NCBI GenBank assembly: GCA_964019425.1
Contig: OZ025804.1
Location: 930,001-994,000, forward strand
Length of the DNA: 64,000 bases
Direction: 5' to 3'
From: Flectonema sp. DT1601
Taxonomy: Eukaryota
Below are positions 10,969 to 20,394 of this stretch, piece by piece (within the stretch, counting starts at the first letter, position 1; each line of letters begins with the position of its first letter). Position numbers and translations under genes: made by a program. The notes under the pieces are model-generated. The model was not told the DNA's origin. It saw nothing but the letters and a program-made list of their open reading frames with translations, and ran no database searches.

Positions 10969-13900
10969 TTATTTCCAAAGTCTAAGGTTAGATGTCTGTT
11001 CCATCCACCTTATGATCAACGCGAGTGATGGAAGCCACGCCAAAGTGAAGAGGGCTTCAAGGTTAGGAATTTCGTTGGCAATAATAAGTTCCCGATCGCG
11101 ATCCCACTTGCCGGTCAGTGTTGAGAAGCCCAGGATTTTGAACCTGGCCGAGTCGAGTTTGGGAGATTGACATCCCTGCAGCAGGTGAACCTGTGAGGAC
11201 GGTTCGCCACAAAATGGGCAGTCGATATTTTTGCGCCAGTTCTGAATTAGCGGGTGACATCCTGTCCGGAAGTTCGCTATCCGTATCTCGTCGGCTCTTT
11301 CCATCCCAGGAGGGTATTTAACGGAACGGCCTCCGATGAGGTGTTTGTAGCAGGTGTAGCCACTCACGTTAAGCAGATCCTTTTTGATGCAGCGCTTAAC
11401 ATGTGATGATCGCGAGAAGTAAGTGCCTTTGACTAGCACAGGTCGGATGTTCTTGTTGTGCGCTGCTTCCTTTGCAAGCGCGTCAACTTCATCGTGAAAC
11501 TCGATTCCAATGTGCGAGGGGATGAATTGCAAATGCACTTTCATTTCACACATGCGCAGGTATTCTAGTATCTTGAGGGACTCAGTATTCCTCTGTCTGC
11601 ACCTTCCACCCAGCAGTTCATCCAGAAGGGATTTTGAGTCCGTGAATAGCCTTACAGATCTCATTGAAGGATCTTTGCTAAACACTGTTCTCAGATGTCT
11701 AGCCGCGTTCTTCAGAGCATGTTGTTCAGCCCTGTAGCTGCAGTCAGCTTGATAGAGCCTAGACGCGTAAGCAGATCGAAGGCCGCTACGTGACTTGGCA
11801 ATATGAGCCGCTCCGGCCGCGCCGGAAGCAGAGTAGGAGCCATCGCAGTTGATTAACATGTCGACAGGAGGTAACGTTCCAATGTACGACATGAATTTTT
11901 CTTTGTCCACCGCAGGGTTCGCGGACTTCGGAAATCCGCAGCCGTTGCTAATCCTAAGGTTTGTCGGAGATACCCAGGGTTCCATCGAGTCAGGCTGTAC
12001 AAGGCACTGGCTTTCACGCTGGCTGTCAATGCCAGGAAGGAGGCCAGCCCAGTAGCTTTGGGTTGAGGCGAGTCTGTTGGTACTAGGTATCCAAGTCATG
12101 GCTTTATACCTGTAGTACGCTATCTTGGTTTGCTTTTCGATCTGACGTTTAAAGGGAAGCATGTCCGCTTCCCACAGTAGAAGTTCTCTCGGTGTGCACC
12201 TGCTGCATCCAGTAACCAGCCTGGCAACCTTCCTCAGTTCGAAATCAATACTATCAACGCTGTTGCTTATCAACCAACCAAAGCTATCGAGCGCATAAGA
12301 GATTCTCGCAGTTACGTAAAGGTTCTTGACCATATTTAGCGTTTTGTAGTCAAGATCATACGGTTGAAGGCATTGAAGCAGAGATATTCCCTTTTTCAGT
12401 TCTTCATGAATCTTAGCCACCTGTTTGTGGAAAGTGAGTCTGTCGTCGATGTGAACTCCGAGGTATTTCACTGAGTCCACGATTGGCAACAGAAATGCGG
12501 TTTTAAATCTGGCTTTCACCACCATCACGTTGTTTTCGAGAACAATATTCCGCAACATCACGTTGTCAAGTTCGTCTTGCGTTTTGATCGGAGTTCCATC
12601 AACCTCGAGAATAGTTTCGCCGCTTTGAAGCATGGGTCTAGAAGAGTTTAAGTTGATACTCTTTTCAATGTCACTATAGTCCATTTTGATAACGTTTTCC
12701 ACAACAGATCTGGAAAATAGTAATTCGCGATTGCAGGTGTCGTTGAGAATCGTATCCTTCGTACGGACTTTCATCTTAAGAGCACAGGTCTTTGAGACCG
12801 ACAGGGCCATGTCGTTGTCAGAACACCATTGATCCACTTTATCAAGTATTATTTGAGCATTTGAAAGAGCTTCTTCCATGTTATGTCCAGATACTACACA
12901 TGCTGTATCATCCGCATACAGAGCAGACGTCGTTGTTTCTTTCTCCAGTTCCAAAATCTTGCAGAGGTCATCAACGTAGATAAGATAAAGAAGAGGACCC
13001 AGGATCGATCCCTGTGGAACCCCCTTAGCCAGAGTACGGAATTCACTAAGATAACCATTCGCTTCAACTCTAACCTTCCTGTTTGTAAGAAAGTCTGTGA
13101 TCCATCTGATAATAACATTCGGAACACCCATCTTTACCAATTTTAATAAAAGTATCTTATGGTTGATCCTGTCAAACGCAGCAGTAAAATCAAACGATAA
13201 GAACACCGATCTCTTTCTCTTCATGTGCATCCTTACGACGGCATCTACCAAAACGGTGATCTGTTCGCAGGTATTTCTCCCCCTTCTGAATCCAGCCTGT
13301 AGTGGGCTGAGTGACGAATGTTTAGTGAGCCAGTGCATGAGTCGGTCATACACGAGCCTCTCCGCAAGTTTCCCAACAACCGATGTGAGCGTAATGGGTC
13401 TGAAACTCTTCAGTTCATTTCGAGGTTTTCCAGCCTTGAACATAGGCTTGATTAGTCCCTGTTTCCATTGGTACGGTACTTTTGAAGTCTTCCAGGAAGT
13501 GTTAATAATTCTCAGGAGGTATTCCACTGTTGCCGGAGTGAAGTTTTTGATCATCTCATTGTGAACTCCATCAGGTCCTGCAGCCTTGCGGGTCTTCAGG
13601 TTCTTAATCGCAGCTTTAATTTCAGCCATTGTGAAATCACAGCAAATATCTATTTCATTATCACCTTCTGAGAGTGCGGGGGCCTCTAGCGATAATATTT
13701 CCGATTTCGAGACAAACAGGTCCAAGAATGCTGATGGTAGGTCGCAGTCGGAGATGTTGTTGACACTGATATCTTTACCAGCATCTTGTTGCAGTTCTTT
13801 GATCTTCTTAAACGCGAAGGCAAAGTTGTTACCCTTGTCAAGTTGATCACGTAGGTGGACACCCTTCGATTTGGTAGAATCAGGTGTTGACGTCTTCCAC

Positions 13901-14880
13901 TTTCGTCTCCGTTTCCCTTTGAAAAGGACACGTCGACGAATGAATTTAGCCGCCACTTCATGCAGTATGTTGTTAAAGAGCTTAGCATTCGCAGTTGCAT
14001 CGTTGGAGAGTTTCGATTTTCTAATTCTCTTATCGAGCATATTTCCAAAGCAGTTCCAGTCCGTAGACTTGAAGTCCCACACCACACGTTTCTTAGAACC
14101 TATCGTGGCACGTGTAAGTTGACACATGGGATCCAGTACGGTGTAGAGAGGTCGGTGATCAGATCCATGTTTATTATCTTCTCTAATTACAGAGAATTCT
14201 TCCAGAATCATCGAGTTTTGAAAAAATACTACGTCCGGCGAGGTACCGCCCCCCGGGATATTAGGAAAAGGCCTTGTGATTGACCCCATCTTGTTGGCTA
14301 CCAGTAGATCATTGTGTGCTGCCCATTCATGTAGAGTAGAACCTGCTGGCGTCGATTTTGATGACCACACCGGATGATGGGCATTAAAGTCACCCGCGAC
14401 GATTGCTTTCGTTGAGACTGGAAGATCTGACTTTCTGATCTTGCATCCCGGGGGAGCATAAATATTTAAGATGTCAATCTTTCCACCTATGTTGACCTTT
14501 ACAACTTCAACATCATTTAAGTGAGGCGGAAGTACGATATCAGAACGCTGCTGAGTGTGGCATTTCTTCACCATAGTAATAACCCCACCACCCCGTGTTG
14601 CCCTATCATTCCGATAGGTAAAATAATCCGTGTGTGAGACTACATCTTTTGTCCAAGTTTCTTGCAGGCACAGTACGTCAGGCGCATAGGCATTGAGCAG
14701 CTTGTGTATGTAGGCACCTTTGTTCCCCATCGATCGACAGTTCCAGCTTAGTAGTGATATGAGGGAGTCGTCAGGGCCAGGGTTGCGTTCGACATCGCCT
14801 GCCTGAAGCAGCAGTTCACGAGCCGTATTCTTTTCTGTGAGTGAGTTGGTCGGATTTAAATCATCGTCATCTTCATCTAG
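10969..14880 (-). CDS. LINE ORF2 polyprotein: 2A-like peptide, AP endonuclease, reverse transcriptase, RNase H, C-terminal CCHC; frame is open 50 codons upstream of the first ATG (14730)
   Basis: APE: LLSWNCRS, LCLQET, AGDFNAHH, GSDHRP. RT: DFTAAFD, GVPQGSILGP, YADD, YLGV. RNase H: CDGS, AEQHA, TDSKS, HDEVD. Knuckle CPFC...HLLQGC. No internal stops. Confidence 0.93.
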   Translation of the reverse strand, partial: LDEDDDDLNPTNSLTEKNTARELLLQAGDVERNPGPDDSLISLLSWNCRSMGNKGAYIHKLLNAYAPDVLCLQETWTKDVVSHTDYFTYRNDRATRGGGVITMVKKCHTQQRSDIVLPPHLNDVEVVKVNIGGKIDILNIYAPPGCKIRKSDLPVSTKAIVAGDFNAHHPVWSSKSTPAGSTLHEWAAHNDLLVANKMGSITRPFPNIPGGGTSPDVVFFQNSMILEEFSVIREDNKHGSDHRPLYTVLDPMCQLTRATIGSKKRVVWDFKSTDWNCFGNMLDKRIRKSKLSNDATANAKLFNNILHEVAAKFIRRRVLFKGKRRRKWKTSTPDSTKSKGVHLRDQLDKGNNFAFAFKKIKELQQDAGKDISVNNISDCDLPSAFLDLFVSKSEILSLEAPALSEGDNEIDICCDFTMAEIKAAIKNLKTRKAAGPDGVHNEMIKNFTPATVEYLLRIINTSWKTSKVPYQWKQGLIKPMFKAGKPRNELKSFRPITLTSVVGKLAERLVYDRLMHWLTKHSSLSPLQAGFRRGRNTCEQITVLVDAVVRMHMKRKRSVFLSFDFTAAFDRINHKILLLKLVKMGVPNVIIRWITDFLTNRKVRVEANGYLSEFRTLAKGVPQGSILGPLLYLIYVDDLCKILELEKETTTSALYADDTACVVSGHNMEEALSNAQIILDKVDQWCSDNDMALSVSKTCALKMKVRTKDTILNDTCNRELLFSRSVVENVIKMDYSDIEKSINLNSSRPMLQSGETILEVDGTPIKTQDELDNVMLRNIVLENNVMVVKARFKTAFLLPIVDSVKYLGVHIDDRLTFHKQVAKIHEELKKGISLLQCLQPYDLDYKTLNMVKNLYVTARISYALDSFGWLISNSVDSIDFELRKVARLVTGCSRCTPRELLLWEADMLPFKRQIEKQTKIAYYRYKAMTWIPSTNRLASTQSYWAGLLPGIDSQRESQCLVQPDSMEPWVSPTNLRISNGCGFPKSANPAVDKEKFMSYIGTLPPVDMLINCDGSYSASGAAGAAHIAKSRSGLRSAYASRLYQADCSYRAEQHALKNAARHLRTVFSKDPSMRSVRLFTDSKSLLDELLGGRCRQRNTESLKILEYLRMCEMKVHLQFIPSHIGIEFHDEVDALAKEAAHNKNIRPVLVKGTYFSRSSHVKRCIKKDLLNVSGYTCYKHLIGGRSVKYPPGMERADEIRIANFRTGCHPLIQNWRKNIDCPFCGEPSSQVHLLQGCQSPKLDSARFKILGFSTLTGKWDRDRELIIANEIPNLEALFTLAWLPSLALIIRWMEQTSNLRLWK
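14773..14817 (-). other. 2A-like StopGo (ribosome skipping) peptide ELLLQAGDVERNPG|P
   Basis: In-frame translation matches the D(V/I)ExNPGP consensus with the usual upstream LLL..G helix, immediately before the APE domain. Confidence 0.9.
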
Positions 14881-14883
14881 TCA
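14877..14883 (-). promoter_or_regulatory. Candidate stop-codon readthrough signal UGA-CUAG at the end of ORF1
   Basis: Plus strand ctagtca = minus strand TGA CTAG. The frame continues without a stop into 2A and ORF2. Confidence 0.75.
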
Positions 14884-16174
14884 GTTGAGGTCAAAATCCG
14901 AGTCATCATCTTCCATTTCAACATCGCCGTTCTTATCACCTTCTTGTTTAACAGCAGATTCAGTGGGTGGTGGAGCTGATGCTGGTGTGGGTGCTGGCGC
15001 TGGTGTCGGTGCTGCTGCCGTCTGATGTGGTAGCTGAGTTGGTTGTTGTGGTTGAGGAGCTGTCTTCTGTCTCTTCAGGGTTCCTGTCAGTTTTTGAGCC
15101 GCGTCGCCTGGGTTGTAGGTTGGGCCTAGCGGTTTTCTGTCACTTTTCTTAACTTCCTTGTTTATCACAAGGTACTCATTGGTGCCTATGCTCACGAAGT
15201 TGGGAGGCTGCGTGTTTGAAATCGCCACAATCGTAGTGCTTCCACCTTTGTTAAACGATGCGACCACTGTGTGCTCCCAGTTGTGAGAGGACTTCATAAA
15301 GTCGCTGATCTGCGCTGTTGAGAATTTCCGTATCGCCATTGATTTTATAATGTACCTGTCACCGGAAGGCAGTGCAGGTTTGAGTGACGCGCTTAACTTA
15401 ATACGCACTTCAGTGTTGCAGTCGGGATGAACTCGGAGTCCATAACAGGTTTTGAACTTACACAGGTAGAATTTACCTTCGAAACCTTCCAGTATTGATG
15501 TCTTGGACTTTGCTGCCAAGAATCCAAGATCGTTATTGAATTGAAGAGTTGGCCAGACATCGCTTCCATTTGACCAGCTCGGGTTTCTGACAAATACATT
15601 CTTAGGTTTGTCGGTCTCCGGGTCGTTATTGTTAAACTCCAGAATCTTGTGTACTTGGTTTCTGGGAATTCTAATAGCCATTGAGGAATGTGAATCATTT
15701 CGTTTGTAACTGAAAGGGGCTGCATTAATCTTTTTCTTTTTTAGCAGTTCCTTTGTTTTGATCGTTAGATCTTTTTCACTTGATTTGCCCCAATCCTGAA
15801 CAAACAAGACGGGGTCGGGTGTCGGATGTTGAATTTCGGATGTGGCTTTGGAAAAATCTTCACCACAGATATGCGTGTAGAAGACTCGTCTGATTTCGCA
15901 GACACCACCCTTTTTGATCACCGGTATGGCGACAGGCACCGTGCTTTTGGTTAGCGGTACTTTGCTGATTGCAGCCCATCGACCACTCTTCTTTGTCTGA
16001 CGGAGAGCTTCCCAGTCCTGTTTAGAGCGTACTAAAACAAGACCCGATGCGAGATTGTTGGTAGCATTCGCTGCTACGTCGTAGTTGATTGTAGACACAG
16101 TGCCCGCCCACGCGCCGTGTACATGCCATTCCGGGTAGCTTGCTTTAGCATTCCCCTTTGTGGTTTGTTTGGGG
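14881..16174 (-). CDS. LINE ORF1 (basic, with Pro/Ala-rich and acidic C-terminus); 5' end apparently missing
   Basis: Open frame from the element junction to TGA at 14881-14883. First ATG is ~165 codons in. No recognisable domain. Confidence 0.75.
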
Positions 16175-16258
16175 CAAATGAGGGGCGGGCTTGAACCCAG
16201 GCCGACCACGTGAAGCTGTATTGCGCTGTTAGGCGCGGCACCACTAGACCACCCACCC
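16175..16258 (-). ncRNA. tRNA-like Pol III unit divergent from tRNA-Ala
   Basis: A box TGGTCTAGTGG, B-box-like GGTTCAAGCCC, complementary ends. 16191-16258 is identical to 10397-10464 (68 bp). Confidence 0.5.
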
Positions 16259-16353
16259 TCCAGGAAAGGAACAAAAACAAGAGTTTGTGCCTCACCTGAA
16301 AAGGCCGAGATCAGTAGACTACAGAAGAGGTAACGAGGGCTTTTTTTATTATC

Positions 16354-16425
16354 GGGGGATTAGCTCAGTGGTAGAGCGCCCGTTCTGCATACGGGAGGTC
16401 GAGGGTTCGAACCCCTCATTCTCCA
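16354..16425 (+). tRNA. tRNA-Ala(TGC)
   Basis: Full cloverleaf: acceptor GGGGGAT/ATTCTCC with G3:U70, D arm GCTC/GAGC, anticodon stem CCCGT/ACGGG with loop TCTGCAT, T arm GAGGG-TTCGAAC-CCCTC, then a T7 terminator. Confidence 0.93.
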
Positions 16426-16829
16426 TTTTTTTCGGTTATGTTTTTTTTGCAACCTGGTTCGCAGTCAATGTGTGAAAAATACTGGGCCGGAATTGAGTTT
16501 TTTATGGCGCATTTTTTCCGGGTGAAAATGAGGAGTAAAACTAATACCTGAATACGCATTTTAACTTTCACTTTGCACCTGATTTCATTCCCGCTGCGAT
16601 CAAGAAACTCTGATATTTTTGTGTGGTGAAAAATCCGAATAATGGAACTGGTGATGTCTAATCGGCCCTACCTGGGTGCTAAAATGATCTGTATATGGCA
16701 TCAGGCTCGGCCGCTGAAGAACTTTTTATCGAAGACATGTTTTACAAGCGAAAGAGAATTGTGGCAGGTAACGTTAACACCCTTTATAGGCTTGTTTCCG
16801 GTTGCGCACAAACAAAAACAAAGTGAGAA

Positions 16830-17399
16830 TTATTTAGTGAGGTGCCGATTCTTTTTATTATTAGGATTAGCTCTTTTAGCAACTTTTACTGCTGGCTTTC
16901 GTCGTTTTCCTACCGACAATGAACCGATAATAGAACTAGAACTAGAACTAGATTGACTAACAGAGCAAGAGCCAGTAGAAGACTCACCAGAATCTGAGGT
17001 GGGTTCAGTTGGATTGATCGGCTCTGCAGGGATGCTGACAGATGTGTAACGCGGATCACTAGTCAGCCTTTTTGCTCGCTGGTAGCAAGCGTTGCAGATT
17101 GAGCGCAGAGGAGCATACGCCGGGGATTTCAATACTACCGTAAAGTCACGGCAGGGTGGCTTAAGAAGCTTGTTGAACTTCGGGTTCCGTCTTTTCGCGT
17201 TAGTGTGCGAGGTGCAGTTGTAGTTGTCTGAGGAGCACGCCTTGTCGGTTCTTGTATTCCCGAAGTGCTTGTATTTCCGGAGGCATGCGATGCAGATGTT
17301 GCCTTTTCTCCCACTCCGATTTAGCGTCCTCATTACAGGTTCTGGTAAATTAGCGACGACATACTCAGCTGGCATTTCGTGGCACGTGTGACACTTCAT
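16830..17399 (-). CDS. Hypothetical Cys-rich basic protein (~189 aa) with CxxC pairs, Ser tract and NLS-like tail
   Basis: MKCHTC, CIAC, CNAC motifs; KRRKP. No family recognised. Confidence 0.45.
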   Translation of the reverse strand: MKCHTCHEMPAEYVVANLPEPVMRTLNRSGRKGNICIACLRKYKHFGNTRTDKACSSDNYNCTSHTNAKRRNPKFNKLLKPPCRDFTVVLKSPAYAPLRSICNACYQRAKRLTSDPRYTSVSIPAEPINPTEPTSDSGESSTGSCSVSQSSSSSSSIIGSLSVGKRRKPAVKVAKRANPNNKKNRHLTK

Positions 17400-17704
17400 T
17401 GTGACGTTTAAGCTGGTGCTGAAGGGAATAATAAGTGTAGTGACGAGAAAAAATGCCCATCTCTGATGCACTTACCTTTTTTTTCCAGCAAAAAAATTAA
17501 ATGCAGCAACAGGATTAACTTTTCCTTGTCGGCAGTGACATTCTCTTAGTACCAGCAACGCACCTGTCAGGTTCCAACGGTCAGTAAAAAAAGTGGGGAA
17601 CCTTTCCACCTCGTATTTTTTGACCAACGGCTGCTAGCAGCAAAACTGGTTTTCGCGGCTGGTTATTTTTCCCCACAAGAATATTTCCCTTTACAGTAAT
17701 ACAA

Positions 17705-17830
17705 AAGAATCGGCAAACTTCACTTTTTTACTTACTTACTCACACTTTTATTTTGTTTTGTGCGCAACGTAGGTAGAAAATCCTAATAAACTTTCTACCA
17801 AACAATGGGTTTGTAGATACAAAAATAAAA
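17705..17830. repeat. Dispersed repeat (aaagaatcggca..cttcact...gtttgtg.gcaac), also at ~5557-5700, ~40298-40340, ~50562-50620
   Basis: Direct visual match of blocks. Confidence 0.75.
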
Positions 17831-18459
17831 TAAAATGAAGAACACTGGTTAGATATTAATTTTGTTCTTTCCTCAAGTGGTGTGTTATCCAGAAATTCAG
17901 TTAGAAAACCTGAGGGGGTAATTTGATAGGTTGCACATCGGGTTAAGACATTTAATTGGCAAAGTCCAGAGCGGGGAATGAAAAGAAAACAATCATCCGT
18001 CCCTCTATGCTTTACGCGAACATCAGAATTGACCTTCATGGTTAAGGGTACCCCAGTGTTTCTACCTATTTTCATTTTGTTTCTTCAATAAAGAAACAAA
18101 ATGACGTAAGACAGTTAGATTCACATTATTTGAATTATACGAATTACAATAATATTTTCTGATTCTTAAATTACATTCTGTTCTTTATTTTTGTTTCATT
18201 AGATAAGTACCTTCTTTCGAGTTATCGCTCACGGCTCTATTTTTACACGAAGAGAACAAACAATTTAGAGATTGGCATTGGTACTCACTAGATAAATAAA
18301 AGAGAAGATTGTTTCTTTGAAATTATTCTGCACTTGTTGCATATATAAAAACATACCTAGTTTGAAGGAAAATCTCCTACTTCAGTCGCACTTTGAGAAT
18401 ACTAATTCATGATTACACTGCTTCGGGGAGCTGAACAGACCCATGGATAAACAGGAATC

Positions 18460-18840
18460 TTAGTCACACTTCTAAGACTTGAAAGGTCAAGAGCAGTGAG
18501 TTGTGAGCAACAGTTGTACTCTTTTTGTTCATGTATCCTGTTGGTCATGTCTGCTTTGCTTGGTTTCATCTGCTTCTGCACGGTCGGAATTCAAGACTGC
18601 TGCTGGTTTAGAGCAGTGGGTCTAATTAGTTGATAATAATTTGTTGAATGTGTGTTCCCATTATTTATTATCATCATCATCGTTCTTCCCTCAGTTCCTC
18701 TGCGAAGTCGCGGAGTGGTATGAGTAACAAGAAAATACGTTCAATAGTCGTTACACTACTAAGACACTGAGTCGAACAGGAAGACAAGAAATAATCTCCA
18801 ATAGTGGCGACGGTAATAAGGCCTGAAAGGTCAACAGCAT
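18460..18840 (-). pseudogene. Fragments of the LRR gene family seen at 45987-47375
   Basis: ctaagacttgaaaggtcaagagcagtgagttg at ~18471-18503; DLSGLITVATIGDYFLS at ~18780-18840. Confidence 0.7.
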
Positions 18841-18875
18841 ACCAAATAACCGAAACAACTTCTACGTATGCACTG

Positions 18876-19966
18876 AGACAACACCGAAGGTGATGTGCAG
18901 TTACCCAACCAAGAGATGAGTGATAAAATAAAATACTAAATATTGATAAAACACTTAAATGGCGACTACGTGTCACCTACACAATTCCAAAGTCTCAGGT
19001 TGGATGCTTGTTCCATCCACCTGATCAACATCGCTACTGAAGGAAGCCAGCTGGTGGCAAAGATTGAGCCAAGACTGGCAGGAATGCCGTTGAGGAGGAT
19101 TAGATCACTTGATCGGTCCCATTTGCCTGTCAATGTAGAAAAGCCAAGGATTTCATATCTGGCTGCATCGAGTTTCTGCGATTGACAGCCTACGAGTAGG
19201 TGGAGCTGGTTGGATGGAGCGCTTTGGCAGAATGGACATTTGATGGCTTTCCGACAGTTTTGCATCAGTGGATGACACCCCGTTCTGAAATTCGCAATTC
19301 TAATTTCATCGCTCCTTTTCATGCCGGGAGGATATTTTATTGCGGAACCTTTGGTGATGTTCTTGTAGCATGTGTATCCAATTCTGTTCCGAATGTCCTT
19401 TATGATCCCCCTCCTCACTCGAGATTTGTGATAGAAGAAGGATCCTCGGATTGGGATTTGAGGGAGGTATCTGTTGTGAGCCGACTTCTTAGCAAGTTCA
19501 TCAACTTCGTCGTGTGCTTCAATCCCCATGTGAGAAGGGATGAATTGAAGATGTACTTTCATACCGCAGTTCCGTAGGTTTTCAAGGATGCCAAGGGATC
19601 TGGTGTTTCTCTGTTTACACCTGCCACCCTTCAACTCGTCCAACAATGATTTTGAGTCGGTATAGATTCTGACTGACTTAGTTAGCCCGTCTTTCTGTAC
19701 CTTCCAGTTTAAATAGTTTGCCGCATTTTTCAAGGCATGTTGCTCAGTTCTGTAGCTGCAATCCGCACGCACACTATCTGGTCGCGTGAGCACGTTTCTT
19801 TCCGTCTCGTGACTTAGCAATGAGAGCGCCTGACGCACTCGAAGAGTATGAACCGTCACAGTTGATCACCATGTCCACCGAAGGAAGTGTCGCGTTGTAG
19901 GTAAGGAATTTCTCCCTGTCCACTGCGGGATCAGGAGATTTTGTAAAACCGCAGCTGTTGCTGAAA
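18876..19966 (-). mobile_element. 3' fragment (RNase H, CCHC, part of the 3' UTR) of a diverged relative of the 10481-16174 LINE; frameshifted near 19790
   Basis: ADCSYRTEQHALKNAA, TDSKSLLDEL, CPFC..HLLVGC and WMEQASNLRLW align with ORF2. UTR blocks match 10864-10968. Confidence 0.9.
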
Positions 19967-20394
19967 CACGTCGCTCAATCACCTAGGATATAATGCAGGT
20001 TTTTGAGTGATCTTGAATGTTTGAGTACCTGCCAAATTACTATTTGGTTAATGGATTGACCGGACCTTAATCTGACCACTCCTCACATATTTGATATCTG
20101 TTAGAGAAACTACTAACTGATATAGTGATGGCGACTGCAAGTCAGCAAAACACCATTTCGAGGAGTGCTCTTCTGCGCGATGGTTAGTTCATTAAAATTA
20201 ATTATTCATTTTCCTGTTTTAAAAAAAAAACAGGAAGAAAAATAATAAATAACCATCGAAAAACAAAGTTCTACTTATCTATAACACGAATGCTATTATC
20301 TAACTTTACAACAACTTGAAGTAATCAAGTCATCTAAATTAATGCTTCGATGGTAATATTAACAAACATACAAAAAGAAGGTAGCCTATCTAAT

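Larger units (their letters stand above)
10481..16174 (-). mobile_element. Non-LTR retrotransposon (Ingi/I-group-like: ORF1 plus APE-RT-RNase H-CCHC), probably 5'-truncated, with poly(A) tail and 15-17 bp TSD
   Basis: T15 at 10481-10495 is the poly(A) of the minus strand. caaatgaggggcggg flanks both ends (10464-10478 and 16175-16189). Domain motifs as listed for ORF2. Confidence 0.92.

Noticed and set aside
14881..14883. UGA reassigned genome-wide, or selenocysteine
   Set aside because: Other genes here appear to end at TGA (6393, 59996), Trp is encoded by TGG, and the context is an acidic linker with no SECIS recognised.
16191..16258. HDV-like ribozyme (L1Tc/ingi 77-nt signature) at the LINE 5' end
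   Set aside because: gcttcacgtggt resembles P3/L3, but I could not build P1/P2/P3 consistently, and the segment lies outside the TSD.
10377..16258. Flanking direct repeats read as LTRs
   Set aside because: APE-RT-RNase H order, poly(A) tail and a TSD internal to the repeats indicate a non-LTR insertion; no integrase.
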